From: Terriglobia bacterium
GTDB lineage: Bacteria; Acidobacteriota; Polarisedimenticolia; Polarisedimenticolales; JAIQFR01
NCBI GenBank assembly: GCA_963748015.1
Contig: CAVVHE010000004.1
Location: 96,001 to 160,000, forward strand
Direction: 5' to 3'
DNA: 64,000 bases
Part shown: positions 60,182 through 64,000 of the stretch, piece by piece
How positions within the stretch are numbered: the first letter of the stretch is position 1
Layout of the letters: every line of letters starts with the position of its first letter
The notes under the pieces: generated by a model
Told to the model about the DNA's origin: nothing
The model's database searches: none
Seen by the model: the letters and a program-made list of their open reading frames with translations, nothing else
Made by a program: the position numbers and the translations under genes

Positions 60182-60760
60182 TCAGGCTCCGAAGTGCTCG
60201 GGATGGCGGCGGACGAGGATCTTGCGGAGCGCGTCGCGGCCGCGCATCAGCCGGGTCTTCACGGTGCCTTCCGGCACGCCGAGGGTCCGCGCGACCTCGT
60301 CCACCCGCTTGCCTTCCACGTACACGAGGAAGATCGCCTCGCGGTATCTCGCATCGATGTCGGAGAGCGCGTCGCGTACCAGCGACCGCCGCTCCCCCGT
60401 CTCGGCCCGTTCCTCCGGCCCCGGCGCGTCGTCGGCGACCTGGGCGGGCATCTCGGTGCGCCCCTGCTCCCGCCGGGCCCGGCGCCCGAGATCGAGGATG
60501 TGGTTGGCGGCGAGGCGGTACAACCAGGTCGAGAACGGGTAATCCGGCCTGTACTGGTGGAGGTTCCTGTAAACCTTGATCATGACCTCGCTCACGACGT
60601 CCTCGATGTCGTCCCGCCGGATGCCGTATCGCCACGCCACGCCCGCCACCAGGTTCTGGTAGCGCCGGACGAGCCCGGCAAAGGCGTCGTGGTCGCCCCG
60701 GAGGATCGCTTCGACCGCTGCCATGTCCTCGGCCGGTCGGTCCTCCATGACCGCTCCCAT
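60182..60760 (-). CDS. ECF RNA polymerase sigma factor
   Basis: AFAGLVRRYQ, FSTWLYRLAAN, EVARTLGVPEGTVKTRLMRGR. Confidence 0.93.
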   Translation of the reverse strand: MGAVMEDRPAEDMAAVEAILRGDHDAFAGLVRRYQNLVAGVAWRYGIRRDDIEDVVSEVMIKVYRNLHQYRPDYPFSTWLYRLAANHILDLGRRARREQGRTEMPAQVADDAPGPEERAETGERRSLVRDALSDIDARYREAIFLVYVEGKRVDEVARTLGVPEGTVKTRLMRGRDALRKILVRRHPEHFGA

Positions 60761-60766
60761 CGAGTG

Positions 60767-60792
60767 AAACGAGGCTGGCGCCCCGGGGTTCC
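60767..60792 (-). promoter_or_regulatory. putative autoregulatory ECF promoter
   Basis: GGAAC-N16-CGTTT on the minus strand, 6 nt before the sigma ATG. Confidence 0.65.
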
Positions 60793-60907
60793 CGGCGTTT
60801 TCCGTGACGGACCGGGAGGCCTACGGTGGCGTTCGAGAGGCGCTAGTATAGACGTTGCGGGCGCCCCGCCGGGGCGCCGGATTCGCCCGGATCGACCAGG
60901 AGGATGC

Positions 60908-63382
60908 ATGAGCCCCACCCCGAAGCGAGCGGGCCCCAAGGACCCCCGAGAGCTCTCGCCCGACCGGCTGCGCTGGCGGTGCGACCCGTCGAAGTTCCGC
61001 TTCGAGACGACCGACGAGATCGGGGACGGTCCGATCAACATCATCGGCCAGCCGAGGGCGATGGAGGCGTTGAAGCTCGGGCTCGCGATCCGGAGCGCGA
61101 ACTACAACATCTTCGTGGCCGGAGAGGTGGGAACCGGGCGGTCCACGGCGGTGAAGCGCCAGCTCGCCGCGGTGGAGCGGGGCGACAAGGCCCCCGACGA
61201 CCTGGTCTACGTCCACAACTTCAAGGACCCGGACCAGCCCCGTCTTCTGACGTTTCCCGGCGGCTGCGGCCGGGCTTTCCGGAAGGCGATGGACGACCTC
61301 GTCGAAGGGCTGAGGAAGCAGATCCCCGAGCTCTTCGACTCGGACGTCTATCGCAAGAAGCGCTCCGAGAAGATCGAGGCCGCCAAGGAAGTCCAGAAGG
61401 AGCGCCTCAAGGAGTTCGAGAAGAAAGTGCAGGACGACGGCTTCGCCCTCGTCCAGGTCCAGCTCGGGCCGGTGGTGCGCCCCGACCTGATGCCGGTCGT
61501 CGCCGGCAACCCGGTTGCGATGAGCCAGCTGGAGTCGCTGGTGGAGGAGGAGAAGTTCCAGCGCCGGGAGTTCGAGCGGCTGAAGGCGAAGTACGTCAAG
61601 CTCGGCGAGACGATGGAGAGCGTGACCAAGGAGTTCCGCGATCTCGAGCGCGACCTGCGGCGCCAGCTGATCGAGCTCGACCGGGAGCTCGCGGGCCCAC
61701 TGGTCCGCGCCGTGACGGCGGACGTGAAGCAGGAGTTCGGCGGAGAAAAGGTCGTGGCGTTCGTCGAGGAGGCGACCGATCACATCCTCGACCACCTCGA
61801 CCTGTTCCGCGAGAGCGAGGAGCAGCCGTCGGCCGGGGCCGAGCGGGACCGCGCGCGGGCGGAGATCCGCGAGCGGATGCTGCCGTACGCGGTGAACGTC
61901 CTCGTGGACAATTCGGAGACCAAGGGCCGGCCGATCATCTGGGAGACGTCTCCCACCTACAGGAACCTGTTCGGCACGATCGAGCGGGCCCGGGACGCGT
62001 CCGGGGAGTGGAGCACCGACCATACGCGGGTGAAGTCGGGGAGCCTCGCCCGCGCCCGCGGCGGATTTCTCGTATTGGACGCCCTGGACGTGCTGGCGGA
62101 GGGGGGAGTCTGGCCCGCGCTGAAGCGAACGCTGAGGAACCAGGCGATCGAGATCCAGTCGTTCGATCCGTTCAACTTCTTCTCGAACGTCTCCATCAAG
62201 CCCGCCGCCATTCCCCTCGACGTCAAGGTGATCCTGATCGGCACGCGCCAGATCTACCGCCTGCTCCACGCCCTCGACGAGGACTTCAAGAAGATCTTCG
62301 AGGTCAAGGCGGACTTCGCCCTCGAGACGCCCAGGAGCGCGGAAGAGCTGCGCAACTACGCCGCCTTCGTTCGGAAGAAGTGCCAGGACGACCGGCTCCC
62401 TCCGTTCCACCGCGACGCCGTGGCGGTCGTCGTGGAGCACGGGGTCCGCCTCGCCGGCCGGCAGGAGAAGATCTCGACGCGCTTCAACGAGGTGGCCGAC
62501 GTGATCCGGGAGTCCGGCTACTGGGCGAGGCAGGAGAAGGCGAAGCGGGTCGAGGCGCGCCACGCGGACCAGGCCATCGCCCAGCGCAGCCGCCGCCTCG
62601 ATCTCGTGCAGGAGGTCCTGCGCGAGCGGTTCGCCGACGGGACCTTCCTCGTGGACCTCGCGGGGGCGAAGGTCGGGCAGGTCAACGGGCTCGTCATCCT
62701 CGACGTCGGCGATTTCGCGTTCGGCCAGCCGTCGAGGATCACCGCCTCCACCGCGATGGGGCGCGCCGGGATCATCGACATCGCGCGCGAGGCCGAGATG
62801 GCGGGGGCGATCCACACGAAGGGGGTCCTGATCCTGGCGGGTTTCCTGCGCTCGCGGTTCGCGCAGGACAAGCCGCTGGCCCTGTCGGCGAGCCTCTGCT
62901 TCGAGCAGAGCTACGACGAGGTGGACGGCGACTCCGCGTCGTCGGCCGAGCTCTACGCGCTGCTGTCGAGCCTGGCGGCGGTCCCGCTGCACCAGGCCAT
63001 CGCGGTCACCGGCTCGGTGAACCAGGCAGGCGAGATCCAGCCGATCGGCGGCGTCAACGAGAAGATCGAGGGGTTCTTCGACCTCTGCAGGCTAGCGGGG
63101 CTCACGGGCGAGCAGGGCGTCATGATCCCGTCGCGCAACGTGTCGCAGCTGATGCTGCGGAAGGACGTCGTCGAAGAGGTCGAGAAGGGGAAGTTCCACG
63201 TCTGGGCGGTCTCCACCATCGAGGAGGGGATGGAGATCCTGACCGGAATCCCGGCGGGGGAGCGGACGAAGGGCGGCGCCTGGCCGACCGACTCGATCTT
63301 CGGCCGGGTGGACGCGCGCCTTTCGGAGCTCGCGAGGAAGGTCCGGGAGTTCGGCCCCGCCGATCTGCCTTCGGGAGGGTGA
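60908..63382 (+). CDS. Lon-like protease (LonB/LonC-type AAA plus Lon protease domain)
   Basis: IIGQPRA, GEVGTGRST, GQVNGL, FEQSY..VDGDSAS (Ser), IGGVNEKIEGF (Lys). Confidence 0.9.
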   Translation: MSPTPKRAGPKDPRELSPDRLRWRCDPSKFRFETTDEIGDGPINIIGQPRAMEALKLGLAIRSANYNIFVAGEVGTGRSTAVKRQLAAVERGDKAPDDLVYVHNFKDPDQPRLLTFPGGCGRAFRKAMDDLVEGLRKQIPELFDSDVYRKKRSEKIEAAKEVQKERLKEFEKKVQDDGFALVQVQLGPVVRPDLMPVVAGNPVAMSQLESLVEEEKFQRREFERLKAKYVKLGETMESVTKEFRDLERDLRRQLIELDRELAGPLVRAVTADVKQEFGGEKVVAFVEEATDHILDHLDLFRESEEQPSAGAERDRARAEIRERMLPYAVNVLVDNSETKGRPIIWETSPTYRNLFGTIERARDASGEWSTDHTRVKSGSLARARGGFLVLDALDVLAEGGVWPALKRTLRNQAIEIQSFDPFNFFSNVSIKPAAIPLDVKVILIGTRQIYRLLHALDEDFKKIFEVKADFALETPRSAEELRNYAAFVRKKCQDDRLPPFHRDAVAVVVEHGVRLAGRQEKISTRFNEVADVIRESGYWARQEKAKRVEARHADQAIAQRSRRLDLVQEVLRERFADGTFLVDLAGAKVGQVNGLVILDVGDFAFGQPSRITASTAMGRAGIIDIAREAEMAGAIHTKGVLILAGFLRSRFAQDKPLALSASLCFEQSYDEVDGDSASSAELYALLSSLAAVPLHQAIAVTGSVNQAGEIQPIGGVNEKIEGFFDLCRLAGLTGEQGVMIPSRNVSQLMLRKDVVEEVEKGKFHVWAVSTIEEGMEILTGIPAGERTKGGAWPTDSIFGRVDARLSELARKVREFGPADLPSGG

Positions 63383-63388
63383 GCCCGC

Positions 63389-64000
63389 CTACGGCTGCAG
63401 CTGCTTCAGGATCGCGGGGTCCTTCTCCTCCTGCGCCAGGAGCGTGTGGCAGGTGGAGCAGTCCTGCGAAATCGCTTCGCCGAGAGTGGTCTTGTGCTCG
63501 TCGTCGTGGCACCGGAAGCAGCCCGGCGTGTTCTGGTGGCCGATGTGGTTGGCGTAGGTGCCCCAGCCGATCTTCATGCTCGGCCACACGTTGATGCAGT
63601 AGATCTTCCCCAGCTCCTCGGCCGCCGCGGTGATCACGTCGCGCCGCGCGGCAGCGAGCTCGGGGTAGCTCTTGGCGTAGAAGGACAGGACCTGCTCGCG
63701 GATCTTGGCGCGCGCGTCCTCGTGCGAGGCGTACATCCCCTGCAGCGCCTTCAGCCCCTCCCGCCGTATGAACGGGAGCGACCGGTCTATCAACTGCTGC
63801 GCAAGCGCCGAGTCGAGCTCGTCCTGCGGCATGCGGTAGATGTGGCTGGGCCGGTTGTGGCAGTCGACGCAGTCCATGGTGCGCCACGCCGCATCGCCCG
63901 CCTGACGCTTCGCCGCCTCGCCCCCGGTCCGGAAGGTCTTGACCGTTCCGTCCGGCATGGTCATCTCGACCTCGTAGATGTTCTCCCGCTTCTCGTCGGA
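63389..64000 (-). CDS. multiheme cytochrome c, 3' part (5' end outside the window)
   Basis: Three CxxCH motifs visible (CVDCH, CFRCH, CSTCH); frame open to the window edge. Confidence 0.88.
   Translation of the reverse strand, partial: SDEKRENIYEVEMTMPDGTVKTFRTGGEAAKRQAGDAAWRTMDCVDCHNRPSHIYRMPQDELDSALAQQLIDRSLPFIRREGLKALQGMYASHEDARAKIREQVLSFYAKSYPELAAARRDVITAAAEELGKIYCINVWPSMKIGWGTYANHIGHQNTPGCFRCHDDEHKTTLGEAISQDCSTCHTLLAQEEKDPAILKQLQP

Overview
High-GC bacterial chromosomal DNA, most consistent with Acidobacteriota (Oar-like TonB-dependent receptor, two Acidobacterial-type VWA proteins, CarboxypepD_reg-TPR protein); taxonomy is inference. I can support about 54 CDS and see no rRNA, tRNA, CRISPR array or transposase. 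Content: TCA and central-metabolism genes (icd, two mdh paralogs, sucCD, ndk, gpmI); an alpha-glucan/glycogen operon (GH57, PFK, galT-like, glgA, histidine kinase, response regulator, glgC, trxB); a ketosynthase-methyltransferase-flavoprotein cassette; a non-pyrrolysine MttB/corrinoid/homocysteine-methyltransferase operon; a lipid A/glycolipid modification region; an ECF sigma/anti-sigma unit; a Lon-like protease; a partial multiheme cytochrome. Best candidates for something new: (1) a split methionine-synthesis operon with no folate module, fed by MttB and headed by a PncA-like gene lacking its catalytic Cys; (2) an MDH paralog with three catalytic residues replaced, next to an intact MDH with a 5-residue active-site loop insertion; (3) a dikinase with permuted domains and no visible acceptor domain; (4) an ACP-less KS/MT/FAD cassette; (5) three unrelated long inverted repeats, one a ~200-nt rod. 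Dense frameshifts at ~22650-24510 are most likely sequencing error. All family calls come from reading motifs by eye, not from database searches.
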